NCBI RefSeq assembly: GCF_046119375.1
Contig: NW_027362773.1
Span: 200,756,001-200,820,000 of the forward strand
Reading direction: 5' to 3'
Source: Phyllobates terribilis
Taxonomy: Eukaryota
Length of the DNA stretch: 64,000 nucleotides
Below the pieces are notes generated by a model. It made no database searches. It saw only the letters and a list, made by a program, of their open reading frames with translations, and was not told the origin of the DNA. How positions within the stretch are numbered: the stretch's first letter is position 1; every line of letters starts with the position of its first letter. Made by a program: the position numbers and the translations under genes. Positions 34,334 to 48,936 of the stretch are shown here, one piece after another.

Positions 34334-34852
34334 NNNNNNNNNNNNNNNNNNNNNNNNNNNNNNNNNNNNNNNNNNNNNNNNNNNNNNNNNNNNNNNNNNN
34401 NNNNNNNNNNNNNNNNNNNNNNNNNNNNNNNNNNNNNNNNNNNNNNNNNNNNNNNNNNNNNNNNNNNNNNNNNNNNNNNNNNNNNNNNNNNNNNNNNNNN
34501 NNNNNNNNNNNNNNNNNNNNNNNNNNNNNNNNNNNNNNNNNNNNNNNNNNNNNNNNNNNNNNNNNNNNNNNNNNNNNNNNNNNNNNNNNNNNNNNNNNNN
34601 NNNNNNNNNNNNNNNNNNNNNNNNNNNNNNNNNNNNNNNNNNNNNNNNNNNNNNNNNNNNNNNNNNNNNNNNNNNNNNNNNNNNNNNNNNNNNNNNNNNN
34701 NNNNNNNNNNNNNNNNNNNNNNNNNNNNNNNNNNNNNNNNNNNNNNNNNNNNNNNNNNNNNNNNNNNNNNNNNNNNNNNNNNNNNNNNNNNNNNNNNNNN
34801 NNNNNNNNNNNNNNNNNNNNNNNNNNNNNNNNNNNNNNNNNNNNNNNNNNNN
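34334..34852. other. Assembly gap (519 N)
   Basis: Run of N. Confidence 1.
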
Positions 34853-35035
34853 TTTCTAGTCTCTCTCTTTTTCTCTCTCTCTTTCTCTCTTATTCTCTTT
34901 TTTTCTCTCTCATTTTTTCTCTTTTTCTCTCTCTCTCATTTTATCTCTCCTTCTCTGCCTCTTCTCTCTCCGTTTCTTTCTTTCTTTGTTTCTCTCTTCC
35001 TCTCTTCCTCTCTCTCTCTCTCTCTTTTCTTTTTC
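34853..35035. repeat. (CT/T)n low-complexity microsatellite next to the gap
   Basis: CTCTCT/TTTTCT runs. Confidence 0.85.
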
Positions 35036-36889
35036 CAGTTATCTTGGTGGATTTTTAATATTGCATATCACAGCAAATTTATTTGATGCAAATTAAATGT
35101 TGAGGGAAAATTTGGAGATCAACTCATCTCTAACAGAGATTGACCTTGCAACAATGCCCCCATCTATGTCCCCACTGCAGGGGATGTCTACTAATTGTAG
35201 TAGATAACTATGCAAAAATTACATAAGCGTAGAACCCAACTTTATCTAAAGGGCAGGATGCTCCCTTAAATACAGTAAGAAGAGGTTGCAGAATGCAGAT
35301 AGGTCAACCCTTACTTTTTATACCAATTTCTTCTAACTCAATACAAGATCACACCACACTAGAAAAATATTTAATAGGGCTTCAAATCCCTTTTCAGCCA
35401 CTGGGTGACCACATGTAGCATAAACATCTTAAAACAGAATATCCCCCCAATTTTTTTTTTATGCTGGTCATCTCGCATCACTTTTCTTGGGATAGCCAAG
35501 AGGAAAGGTGAAAAAAAGGATGCTATACTTCTCTGTATGACTTTTGAATTTGACTATAACCAAGGGGGTACTTAGCTGTAACCAACAATCATCTACAAGA
35601 TTTGAAAAATTGCTTCAGTTTTTTCTTTTTTTTCCCGTTTGTGTTGGTTAAAAGAAAAATGGCTGCAATAGTGTACATACAATAGCATGTAAAGCTTGAC
35701 TGGAGCTGAGCTCAATGTCCCATTTAGTTCCATATCAACCCTTTCATTTGCTTGAAATTGGTAACAGACTCCTATTTCTCATGGGAAAAAAAAAATCAAT
35801 ATAATTTAGTAATATTTTAGAAAAAGCTGAAAGTCACATGACGATGACTTGGTGGCCACAAATAGACACATATAACATAAACATCTCCCAGCAGAGTATC
35901 ACAAATCCATATTTTGTTTAATTTTTTAAGTGGTCATTTCCTGACAATAATCTCAGGGTTTAATCATTTAGAAAAGATAAAAAAGGGCATATACTTATAT
36001 CGAATAATACACTTTATGGATCATAAGGGAAATATTTTACTTAATATATACAGGGTCCTTTCCTAAACTGTTCTTTTGCTATAATGATCTATATAATATT
36101 CGCGCTTTGTGAAATTTCCTATTTCAGCGAGTCTTAATAATACATGTGATGCGATTTTACCTGTGATAGTAATAATATTGATCTCACGCTATTAAGGCTT
36201 GCAGTATTTTTTTGAAATCCATTACTTTACCCATGTATAAGATCTCCCTGGAAAAGTATATCACTTTTCTCTCTTAGACCTTGGCAGCCATCAGAGTACA
36301 AGAAGATATATACTACCTGTTGTAGTCACTCTGACTGCCTCGTATTGTCAATCAATAGGTAAGCCTTCTTTCCATCAGCAGAAGACATGATTTGAGCACC
36401 TTCTTCTGATACAATAAGTACAACCCATCTGCAAACCATTACTTACGACATTTAGATGCAGAAGATGCAAATAAATTATTTACTAACCTCACATTGATAG
36501 TATATACAGTAACGGCTTTCCTGGACCATTAGGGCAATGGCAACGTCAGCCATTAGGAAATGTAATGACTTCAATGAGAAGAGAGTTCACTGATGGATAA
36601 TATATATGTTCTCTACTGGGAAAACACCATCTCAATTTCAAGTTATATATTGAGCTAATATGGGAGAAGGTAGGTAGAGAAGTATCAAGGCTGGAACACA
36701 ATATAGTAGAAGATAAGGTCATTTAAAGGCTGTTTTATGTAACATTGAATAAGCTAAATAATAGCATTGAGTATATAAATATCATATATTAAGGTATAAT
36801 ATTTATAAGAAATACAACTAGGCACTGTTCATTTCTCATTTTTTGTCTCCTCTCAGGAAAATATTTTCGGGGCTGTTATTGATGCCATA

Positions 36890-37549
36890 TGTCATGCTAG
36901 GTATGTGAACTCCAAGAAGAATCGAGCTGACTGCTAGCACTCCAGACCTGAGCAGAGGAATTTACTCTATCACCAGCGATTTTCTGGAGAAACTGAGGGT
37001 ATTTAAAGATCCAGCAAGGGTGTGTCAATTAGCAGCAGAAGGTGGAGATCACTGCTGGATCCTAGAGAGGAAGGGATGATGAAAGGATCAAGAAGGTGTC
37101 TGCATGGTCAAGTGCAGCGACCTTCTACAGCCGGATCCAGAATGACTGTCTGTCAAACCTGAAGAAGGCAGTAATCCACTATTAAAACATATTATGATTA
37201 TTATTCCTAATAAAGGCTCTGTTTAGAAGGATCCCTTGGTTTTCCTAAATTCCTTCATTCTGATCACCCTGCGCTCCATAGACCGCATTTTTCCCATTTT
37301 CCTTGCCAATATCCCTCTTTGAGGGTTTGCGGCAGAAGCAGCCTAGAGATCTGAAGCTTCAGTTGTTTGAATTGAGGACCTGTGTATACGTCACACTTGG
37401 ACACATGACCATTCAGCCCCAGTCTCCCGGCGGCCTCTGGTTCATCTGGACATCCAGGCTTCTCCCAAGGTTGTGCCTGCCCCACTGAATTACCAGGTTT
37501 CACCCATTAGCGCCTCTTTTTCTCTAATCTTTGTCTGTCAAACCTGACA
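36890..37549 (+). mobile_element. Internally deleted LTR-element remnant
   Basis: Begins TGTCATGCTAGGTATG; 36910-37160 is the reverse complement of 40795-41050; the GTCAAACCTGA end motif occurs twice. Confidence 0.6.
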
Positions 37550-39265
37550 TATCTGTGACACCATAATAACTTATTGAGTAGAGATCAGCGAAACGTCAAA
37601 ATTCTAATTCACCAGTTTCACCATTGTAACCTCTAACATACTGTATATGGCTATGGTAAACAGATGGTAACCATTCTTCAATATGTGTAGAATTTTTTTA
37701 CTTTTTTACAACTTTGTTTTCCTATCTTTATCGGTAAGCTGCTGGCTGTATTGTCTTCGCACTATCCAGATTTTTCCCAAAAGAGCTGCTGCATTCCTTA
37801 CCTCTGCTTTTATATAGGCTGTGAAAGTCTCGCATGATGGGCTATGCTATAACATCTAATGTGATAAGAGTAAGGCGTTATGGGAAAGCCCTCCCGGTGA
37901 TGGTCGTGTTAGCCTTTTCTGGCTGATGCAATTTCCTGCATTGTGTAAAATGGTGGAAGACATTTTTGGCAGTTCTGCAAATCAAAACGTAAATTGTTCC
38001 AATTTGCCTTGTCCAGCTAATTTTCCCAAATTTTGACACAACTTTGATTAGCATCAAATTGATTTGCTCAGCTCTACTTATGAATGACTTACAGTATTCA
38101 TGTAACACATACCACACAAATGCATTGGTCATCCATATACTGTATTGTATACTTATTTTTTAAAAGGCAGTAGAATTATGTATACTAACTAGCCAGATGT
38201 CAATTAGACACTCTTTGGATCTAATTCCAACTATTGTCCCCAAATGGACTTGTTACACATACACTTCAGGAGTTGTGTATGTGTTAAGCATATGGTAAAA
38301 CCGTGACTTGAATGGAATATTGAAAAACCAATAATAAAATGTCAAAGTAGAAATCTTAGACCTTCCTAAGAATTTGCTTTCAGATCTCATTTTAGTGCTT
38401 AGCAACACGTTTGATTGATCCTCTCGCTGCATGTGTGACATAAGGCTTCGTTTATGAATGCTCAGACATGTGCAGATTTCCACTGTCCTTGCTTCTGCGC
38501 AGTGTTTGATCCTTTTTTGGACACTGGCTTTTACCTTTTTTTCCCATACAGGAGCCACACCAGAGTAACTCTAAGCCAATGCCTATAGTGTAAGTAAGTG
38601 GGAGACTTTTCTAACTGAATGTACAGTAAAGTTGAAGTACACGAACACCACCATCTAGTAGACAGAAATTATAGGAGAAATGAGTCAAGAAGGGCCTCAT
38701 ATGCCAACACTTGTATTCCACCCACAAAGTACACAGAAGATGACTTCATCTGGCAGTACCTTATACAGGAAACACAGGAATGTGCTCGGATAGTAGGAAT
38801 GTTGGGACAGCCACTGAGGAGCACACAGAGACTAAGTGACCTTTCTCGTCTGCCTGAGGACTTGCAAGTTTAAAGAGGGGAGGAATGTAAGTAAGTGGGA
38901 GACTTCTTTAACTAAATGTACAGTGAAGCTGAAGTAAACGAACACTGTCACCTAGTGGCCAGAAAATATAAGAAGAGAAATGAAAGCAAACCAAGCAGGA
39001 ACTTGGAAGTGATTGTGTGTTGGAGGTAAGACAAAGAAGGAAGGGGGATAAGGTTATGTGACAAGCTGTGTCGCACATAGAAAATATAAAAAAACCTGAG
39101 GCCAGGGCAGAGCATGAGTCATCGCCTGGACCTGTGTCGGGTGAGACGTGCAGTGGTAGCTAAATTGACTAACAGCCACATCCAAGAGTGTTGAGAACAG
39201 CAGGAAGCCCAGTTAAAGGCAGGAACCCTAATTAAAGGAATGGAAAAACATGTGACCAATCAAAG

Positions 39266-39545
39266 GCAGGAGGCCTTCTTAAAGGTATGGATGATTGTGT
39301 GAGCGAAAAGTGCAGAAAGCCTTCTTAAAGGGATTGTCATGTGAGCAGGAAGTGAAGGAAGCCTTCTTGAAAGGATATTCAGATGAATGGGAAGTGCAGG
39401 AGGCCTTCTTAAAGGGACATTTGTGTGGGTGGGAAGTGCAGGAAGCCTTCTTAAAGGGACATTCATGTGGGTGGGAAATGCAGGAAGCCTTCTTAAATGG
39501 ACGGTTGTGTGGGCGGGAAGTGCGGGAAGCCTTTTTAAAGGGATA
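39266..39545 (+). repeat. 42-bp tandem array (7 units) in a probable LTR-like element (about 39050-40120)
   Basis: GCCTTCTT/GCCTTTTT at 39273, 39319, 39361, 39403, 39445, 39487 and 39529. Confidence 0.8.
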
Positions 39546-40714
39546 CAAATAATCCAGTGAGCGTTTAAAGGGATACGGACAATCAAGTGATCAGTTGAAG
39601 ATTCGGATGACCTGGTGGGCTCAAACCCGAAGAGGTAGGTAACAAATCGGAGAGGGCCTAGGTTGCGCTCTGGAGGCAGCTGGTGAAGTGACTTATCAGT
39701 ATACTATGGCAATAGACTTGTTGCCTAACGGAGAAATACAGCTGACTCCTGTTGAGGACAGTGACTACTACGACATACTTAGTGAAGTGATGACTACCAA
39801 ATGGACTTTGACATACCACGGACTAAGGTACCAGTACAAATATTGTTTTCTATATCAGTTAACTTTGTGACTCGAAACTCGAACTTTGTGACTTGTGTTG
39901 TGAAGCAAAGATTCTGTTTGTATACGTAGAATAATAACTCCCAGTATTGTGAACTAGTTTAAGGTTTCTGGTAAATCACTAAACCTTTAGACATTTCATT
40001 TCTGTTCACCTAAATTGATTGTGGTAAATAAATAATCACTTGGTTCAAGTTACCACTGTGTCGTCACCTTCTGTGCCGTTGCATCTGCGTACCAGTCTAC
40101 AATAGAAGGGCAGGACACTGCACAGAAGCGAGGACAGTGGCGATGTGCTCGCATCCAAGCTTACATGAATGGAACCTGAAGATCATTTTACATACAGAAG
40201 CTAAGCATTAAAAAAAGTTCTTAGGCGGGTTCATCTTTCTGATACTGTATATTCCCTTTAAGGAAACAAAGACTTAGGCATATTTAAACTCAACATGCCC
40301 AATCCTTCTTTCCTCCAATATCTGCCATCAAGGAAGACGGGACACCTTCATACAATAGCTGACAGTCGTCCTGTCCTACTTAATTCAGTGGATTTGGACA
40401 ACTTATGTCTAGACGCAGCAGATCGAATTCCAAAAGTACTAATCCTGATGGATGGTATTGATTGATTTTTGATTGTAGGAATATTGCTGAAGACTATTCT
40501 ATATCTGTCATTAAACAAGCTAGAATTTTAGTGTAATGGAACTAAGTGCTGATTGAAACAGAGACTTACAAACTACTGGTAGGGATCATAAATTGTTAAT
40601 ACTATTGTATTACAGTAATAAAGCCTTACCTTAAATCTGATCAGACAATTATCTGAAATATTTTGTCCCTGTGTTTGTAAAATAGGGCTCAGAGAAAAAA
40701 CTATAATAATATAC

Positions 40715-41637
40715 TTGAATGGGTTGTCCAGTCATAAGATGCTGATGACCTACTGTATAGTTTATGATAGGTCATCAGTATTTATCACAGGTGTATCAGG
40801 TTTGACAAACAGTCGTTCTGGATCCGGCTTTAGAAGGTCGCTGAGCTTGACTTTGAAGACATCTTCTTGATATCTTCTTCATCATTCTCTCACTAGGACG
40901 CAGCGGTGATCTCCACCTTCTGCTGCTAATTAACACACCCTTGCTTGATATTTAAAAACCCTCAGTGTTTCCAGAGAGTCGCCGGTGATAGAAGTATTTT
41001 CCTCTTTTCAGGCTTGAAGTTCTAGCAGTCGGCTAGTTTTTTCTTGGAGTTCCTTGGTGGATTGTTGTCGTGATCTCTCTTGTTTCTCCTTAAAGCTAAG
41101 TGTATCCCCTTGTCTGTTTGCCTTGTTTGTCTTTAGTTGCAGTGGGGCTGACTAGTGCTCACCCCTTCCCCTCCCTACCTAGGGCCTAGCTCTAGGGTCA
41201 GTCAGGGATTAGGTATCCTGCTCGGCGATAGGCATAGAACCTATTTAGGGATGATAGGGGAGTCAGGGTGTTGCAAGAGCTGCCTAGAGGGCTCCACTCT
41301 CCCTTTCTCTAGTTGTTGGGCTTCCCCCCTTTTCCCATCGTCATACGCTGGGTCCTTCCCATACCTAGCATGACAATATTAAATTGATAGGGGTCTGACA
41401 CCCAGCAAATCACCAATCAGTTCTAGCTGCTGCGATGGGGGCTGGTTGTAAACACTGAATAAGTGCAGCTCCTTTCAAAGTGTAGTGGCCGCAGCCAGGT
41501 ACTGCAGAACAGATCATGTGCAAGTCTGCCACTAGATTTGCTAGTGTTTGATCTATAGGGTTCCCGGTGCTGGGTGATATTGATGATCTATGCTAAGGAT
41601 AGGTCATCAATATCTTGTGACTGGACAAACTCTTCAA
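40715..41637. mobile_element. T2/Kolobok-like MITE interrupted by a solo LTR
   Basis: TTGAATGGGTTGTCCAGTCATAAGAT ... ATCTTGTGACTGGACAAACTCTTCAA inverted ends. Confidence 0.6.
40792..41375 (-). mobile_element. Solo LTR (584 bp)
   Basis: TG...CA ends; inverted homolog of 36890-37160; no clean TSD. Confidence 0.6.
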
Positions 41638-42221
41638 TGTATATTTGCTTTTATATCTGCTTATTTGTAGGTTCTCTATTCGAAAGTTTCACTTATTTTA
41701 TTTCAAATATGATCAATTTGCATCAAGGAGAAGAGGTGGAATATGCAAAATATGCAACAAAACATGTAACTATGCTATGTCCATAGCCTTTCATATTTTC
41801 ACTCTATTCTTGAGGAAGAGAAGTTGGTTCATGAAGCAGTCAAAGGAACACTGAATGCAGAAAATAAAAAAAATAACAAAATTATTCCTTACTTAATCTT
41901 ACCCTCATCCTGTTACATGTTGCAATCAAAATTGTGAGAAATACAGTATATAAAAAATCTTTCATATTTGTCCTATGAGAAAAAAAACTGCCCTTCCTCT
42001 TTATTACAAACTTAGGTCTGGCTGAAAGGCAACTAGCTATAGAAGCAGCGCTTCTCCAGAAAAGAGTCATTATTCAAGCAGGAGTGTTCTGTTGGCAAGA
42101 AGAAACCAGGAAGTCCAATTTCAACCCATTTGTTTTATGGTTCAGAATAGCATAAAGTAATAAAACAAGTGTTAGCCATTTCACTGATTTTCAGCCACTC
42201 CACCCTTTACCGGGTCCTCAC

Positions 42222-42500
42222 TAGAGATGAATGAACGCGAACAGAAATGTTTAGTATTCATACCGGACAGTGACTGTCTGGTGCTGAGCGCCGGACACAG
42301 ATTTTCCCCGGAAGTCCATTGCAGTGTTCAGAGTTTCAGGGTGAGAAAGTGAGATCTTTTTTTTTAAGTTTGGGTCTCCTTTATTTTCAATGGGGTTCGG
42401 TTTCTGTTTAAAGTTCGGACTCTGTTCTGGTACCCGAACTTTGGAATAAAGTTTAGGTTGGGTACCAGAATCCGTACTTACACCGATTCCCTCATCCCTA
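42222..42500. mobile_element. hAT-type MITE (279 bp)
   Basis: TAGAGATGA...TCATCCCTA ends; degenerate 8-bp TSD GTCCTCAC / GTCTTTAC (6 of 8 match). Confidence 0.7.
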
Positions 42501-42696
42501 GTCTTTACTGGGTCTCAATTTTCTGATTGCTCTTGATATACAAATAATGTGTGACCACTGATTGACTGAGCAATCATATCTTGTGCGTTGAGAGGGCAAT
42601 AAACAAGACACCAGAATTGACCTACAAAATTTTGGAATGGGAGTAGTTGTGGATAGGTCAGCTTAATACTGCATTTTATGCCATTTCAACGCCTGT

Positions 42697-43131
42697 TTAA
42701 AGAAAATCTAACACCATGTTTGTGCTTCCCATCTGTGAGCAGTGTAAAGCAGGGGCAGAAACTCTGATCTTAGTGTTGTATTATATTGGGCTTTTTTGCT
42801 ATATAACACACTGTATTTTCTGCTTCATCTCTGCTAGTCCTCTCAATGATAATCTCCTTTTATGAAGTCATCGATATTCATCAGCTGCTGCCCCCCTTAT
42901 CTTTAATTGACAACTTGTACCTATGACCGGTGTAGACTGTGAATCTATAGCATGGGTGTAGTTAGACAGAGCACTTCATTGAGAAGACTAGCAGAGATGC
43001 AGCAAACAAATCTGTGATTTTATCAAAACTACAGCAAAGAGCCTGGTGAAGGGCACACTGCTGGGTCTTTGTTCTTATTTTATGCTGTGCTCAGATTGGG
43101 AAGCAAAAACCTGGAAACAAATAACCTTTAA
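42697..43131. mobile_element. TTAA-flanked palindromic MITE (T2/Kolobok-like)
   Basis: TTAA at both ends; inner arms CATCTCTGCTAGTCCTCTCAATGA / TCATTGAGAAGACTAGCAGAGATG. Confidence 0.6.
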
Positions 43132-43985
43132 ATTAAATCTTGGTTGAATGAATCAGTTTACATTTCTAGACCAGAGAAGTAAGACAGAAGGCGGATAACA
43201 AACTTTCACTTGAATGATGGAACATGTCTCATTAATAATTTCCATTACCTTGCTAGAAAGCAAACCTATGAGTATTCTATGCTAAATCTTCGGCTAGGGT
43301 ATCTCTATAGACATAGCAATTCTCCTATGTCACCTACTGTGCTATTGTTTACTAGAAAACAATCCTCTCTTCATGACACCCGCTGTGTTTTTTTGTCTCC
43401 TCAAAAGCTTTAATTATGCATTAATTCATTTGGTTGTTAATACAACGGGCTGTGAATACTGTGCACATTGCTCTTAGCATACAGATACATTAAAGCATGT
43501 TATAATTGAATGAATGGGCAGAGTGAAAGTGTTTGTTACAGTGTAAGATTATGTTAATGCACTGCATTTCCTGTTTGCAAACAGTGGTTGTTATTATTTA
43601 TTCATAAAGAACCAATGTATCCTGTAGCATTCTATAGATGTAATTGCCTACTACTGACTTTTAAGACCACAGTATGGCTCCACATGAATTTTTATTTTGT
43701 CAGAAAAAAATACCTATATAATTTGCGTCGGTGCCCAGATTTGACTTAAGTGATTTAACACATTCCGAAAATTTTTGTAGCTTGTTGGTTTAATGTGTAA
43801 ATAGCTTGGAAATGGATCAAAAGGAAAGACTCGCCTGCTGGAATTTTTTTTTCTTTTACTATAAAGAAAACTTAAGAATATATATGAATTAAAGTAGAAA
43901 ATAAATATAAACATCATTGTGGAATTTTACTTCACACAATTTACAAGATAAGTTAACATATTATAATGAGAACTAATTTATACAT

Positions 43986-43989
<4 letters not shown>

Positions 43990-44052
<63 letters not shown>
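43990..44052. repeat. (TA)n microsatellite at a Tc1 insertion site
   Basis: About 31 TA units abutting the Tc1 TIR. Confidence 0.95.
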
Positions 44053-44055
<3 letters not shown>

Positions 44056-45590
44056 TGCTCAAGAAAATAAAGGAAACACTCAAATAACACATGCTAGATC
44101 TGAATGAATGAAATATTCTCAATGAATACTTTGTTCTGTACAAAGTTGAATGCGCTGACAACAAAATCACACAAAAATCATCAATGGAAATCAAATTTAT
44201 TAACCAATGGAGGCCTGGATTTGGAGTCACCCCCAAAATTAAAGTGGAAAAACACACAACAGGCTGATCCAACTTTAATGTAACGTCCTTAAAACAAGTC
44301 AAAATGAGGCTCAGTATTGTGTGTGGCCTCCACGTGCCTGTATGATCTCCCTACAATGCCTGGGCATGCTCCTGATGAGGTTGCGGATGGTCTCCTGTGG
44401 GATCTCCTCCCAGACCTGGACTAAAGCATCCGCCAACTCCTGGACAGTCTGTGGTGCAATGTGACGTTGGTGGATGGAGCGAGACATGATGTCCCAGATA
44501 TGCTCAATTGGATTCAGGTCAGGGGAACAGGCGGGCCAGTCCATAGCTTCAATGCCTTCATCTTGCAGGAACTGCTGACACACTTCAGCCACATGAGGTC
44601 TGGCATTGTCCTGCATTAGGAGGAACCCAGGGCCAACCGCACCAGCATATGGTCTCACAAGGGGTCTGAGGATCTCATCTCGGTACCTAATGGCAGTCAG
44701 GCTACCTCTGGCGAGCACATGGAGGGCTGTGTGGCCCTCCAAAGAAATGCCACCCCACACCATTACTGACCCACTGCCAAACCAGTCATGCTGAAGGATG
44801 TTGGAGGCAGAAGATTGCTCTGCATGGCGTCGCCAGACTCTGTCACATATATCAAATGTGCTGAGTATGAACCTGCTTTCATCTGTGAAGAGCACAGGGC
44901 GCCAGTGGCGACTTTGCCAATCCTGATGTTCTGTGGCAAATGCCAAGCGTCCTGCACGGTGTTGTGCTGTTAGCACCACCCCCATCTGTGGATGTCGGGC
45001 TCTCATACCACCCTCATGGAGTCGGTTTCTAATCGTTTGTGCAGACACATGGACATTTGTGGCCTGCTGGAGGTCATTTTGCATGGCTCTGGCAGTGCTC
45101 CTCCTGTTCCTCCTTGCACAAAAGCGGAGGTAGCGGTCCTGCAGCTGGGTTGTTGCCCTCCTATGGTCCGCTCCATGTCTCTTGGTAGCGCCACCAGCCT
45201 CTGTACACTATGCTGACAGACACAGCAAATCTTCTTGCCACAGTTTGCATTGATGTGCCATCCTGGATGAGCTGCACTACCTGAGCAACTTCTGTGGGTT
45301 GTAGAGTCTGTCTCATGCTACCACGAGTGTGAAAGCACAACCAACATTCGAAAGTGACCAAAACATCAGACATAAAGCATTGGTATTGAAATGTGGTCTG
45401 AGGTCCCAAACTGCAAAACCACTCCTTTATTGAGTGTGTCTTGATAATTGCCAATAATTTCCATTTATTGTCTATTCCATTTGCACAACAGCATGTGAAA
45501 TTGATTGCCAATCAGTGTTGCTTCCTAAGTGGACAGTTTGATTTCACAGAAGTTTGATCTACTTGGAGTTATATTCTGTTCTTTAAGTGT
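44053..45590 (-). mobile_element. Tc1 DD34E element; transposase broken by an N-terminal deletion/frameshift; right TIR rearranged
   Basis: TIR CACTGCTCAAGAAAATAAAGGAAACACT. ORF 44311-45084 has [16 protein letters not shown] and SPDLNPIE (34 residues between D and E). N-terminus [12 protein letters not shown] starts at 45316. Confidence 0.9.
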
Positions 45591-46599
45591 ATATATAAAA
45601 AATAAAGGGAACACTTTATTTTTTATATATACACACATTGAATTTGGCTTGAGCCTTAAAATAAATTAGATATTCCTCAACTATTAAACATTTCTATAGG
45701 TACACTGAATGTAGATTGGTAATATCTAGGCCAAAACAATTAAAATGAAAAAACATTGGAAAGATGGATGTGAGTCAACATGAGTCCAGATATCCATATA
45801 GGCAACTTGAATCCCAGGAGATCGTAAGATTCAAGTTTCCCAAAAAGCCATCTAACAGGTTGTTTTTTAGAAACTTCATGAAAGCTCAATACCCACAATT
45901 TCCATAAAGCATCTGTTCAAGTTGGGAAAGTAATTGACCTGCATAAATTGTAATTTGCAGATGTTTTTGAAAAAGACTAGAAAATGGGACAAATTAGCCA
46001 TTAACCCTTCGAGATGTTTGCTAACTTGTTCCATTTTCCAGTCTTTTTCATAAGCGTTAACCCGCCGTCAACTACTACCTAAGTTTTTGCACTTGTAAGT
46101 TTCTTTTTTCCTTTTGAATTATACAAATTGGTTTATTCTCAGTCCCTAACTAATGTATTATTATCAGGATGGAAGCCCTTTTTGGTAAACTGCGTTGGGT
46201 GTATGTGACCCATTGGAATATTTTGTTCTGTTCTTGTCTACGTATCTTATAATTAGATTAATCTCTTAAATCTTTTTCCAAGACAGTGAATTACAGCTTC
46301 ACTAATTGTGACTCAGATGAATCTGAAATATTCCTCTCCTTCACATTATAAATACATTCCCCTAAGAGTGAAGAAAGTAACCCATATCATTAGCAACGTA
46401 CAAAAATCAGATGGGATGGTTTAAATTAATGAAATACGTGGCAGCTAATTTCGGCGACATTTTGTAGTCTTTTGTGGCTTTTAATTACCTTCTTGTTTGC
46501 TGCCTTTAAAGTATAATTAATGTAGATCCGTCTTTTATTAAGAGTGTTTGACAGGATTCATGAGGGTTACTTCACTGTGACAGGGAGACATGATATATA

Positions 46600-48155
<1,556 letters not shown>

Positions 48156-48687
48156 TACAAGGAAACTTTTACTATGACAATTCTATTAAAAGTTATGGGG
48201 CCGATTCATGAAAGCTTTTATGCCTGAAAAGTGGCTTAAAGTTTTAAAAATTCACATAATTTTGGCGCAATGTGAAATTGTGCTAAATTTTAAAATTTTG
48301 GGATGTTTCAAGGCACTTTAAATCAGCTCTTCTTAAATGGGCAGATCTACGGAGGACCTGTGGCTGAATGGCGCATGACAATGCCCGTATCACCAATTGA
48401 TTAAATATGGCAGCATTTTGTTTGCCGGTAATGCTACTGGAGCAACTTTTTCGATACGCGAAATTCACTAATTTCAATTAATTTGGCGCCTTGTACTTTA
48501 TCAACTATGAATAAAATAAGAGAAGTACTTTACAGATGCAGATAGAGAAGGCTAATTGAGAGTCGCTTACCGGAGATGGTTGTGTAAAGGTAGAGGGCAA
48601 GGCACAACGACTTAGTGAACAGGGTATTTGTAGGGTTGCAAACTCATCTGCAAATTGGATGGATCCAAACCATCGAAATTCGCAGAA

Positions 48688-48936
48688 GTAAATGAGGTGC
48701 AAAGCAAAAAGCAAGATGAAGGAGGCATTGACCAGGAGGATTGCTGGGTTAAAATCTTTATTGTGAACACATGCTATGCATTTTGGAGTTGGTCCAACTC
48801 CTTCTTCAGGTATGCCTGAGGAAAGAGTTGGACCAACTCCGAAACTTGCAGCATGTGTTCACAATTAAGATTTCTCTTCTAATCCTCCTGGTCAATTCCT
48901 CCTTCACTCTACTTGTTGCTTTGCACCTCAGTTACT
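48688..48936. ncRNA. Penelope-like palindrome with a degenerate minimal hammerhead ribozyme on each strand
   Basis: 249-bp imperfect palindrome. Plus strand: CTGAGGA, stem II GAGTTG/CAACTC, GAAA (48816-48844). Minus strand: CTGAAGA, the same stem, AAAA, then T-GC-A-TA and GCATG, followed by AATAAA. Confidence 0.6.

Noticed and set aside
34189-35058. 289-aa ORF
   Set aside because: Artefact of the N gap and a CT microsatellite.
36857-36900. 44-nt host exon with textbook splice sites
   Set aside because: The donor and the last 11 nt belong to an LTR terminus (also seen inverted at 41360-41375), so it is likely coincidental; exonization cannot be excluded.
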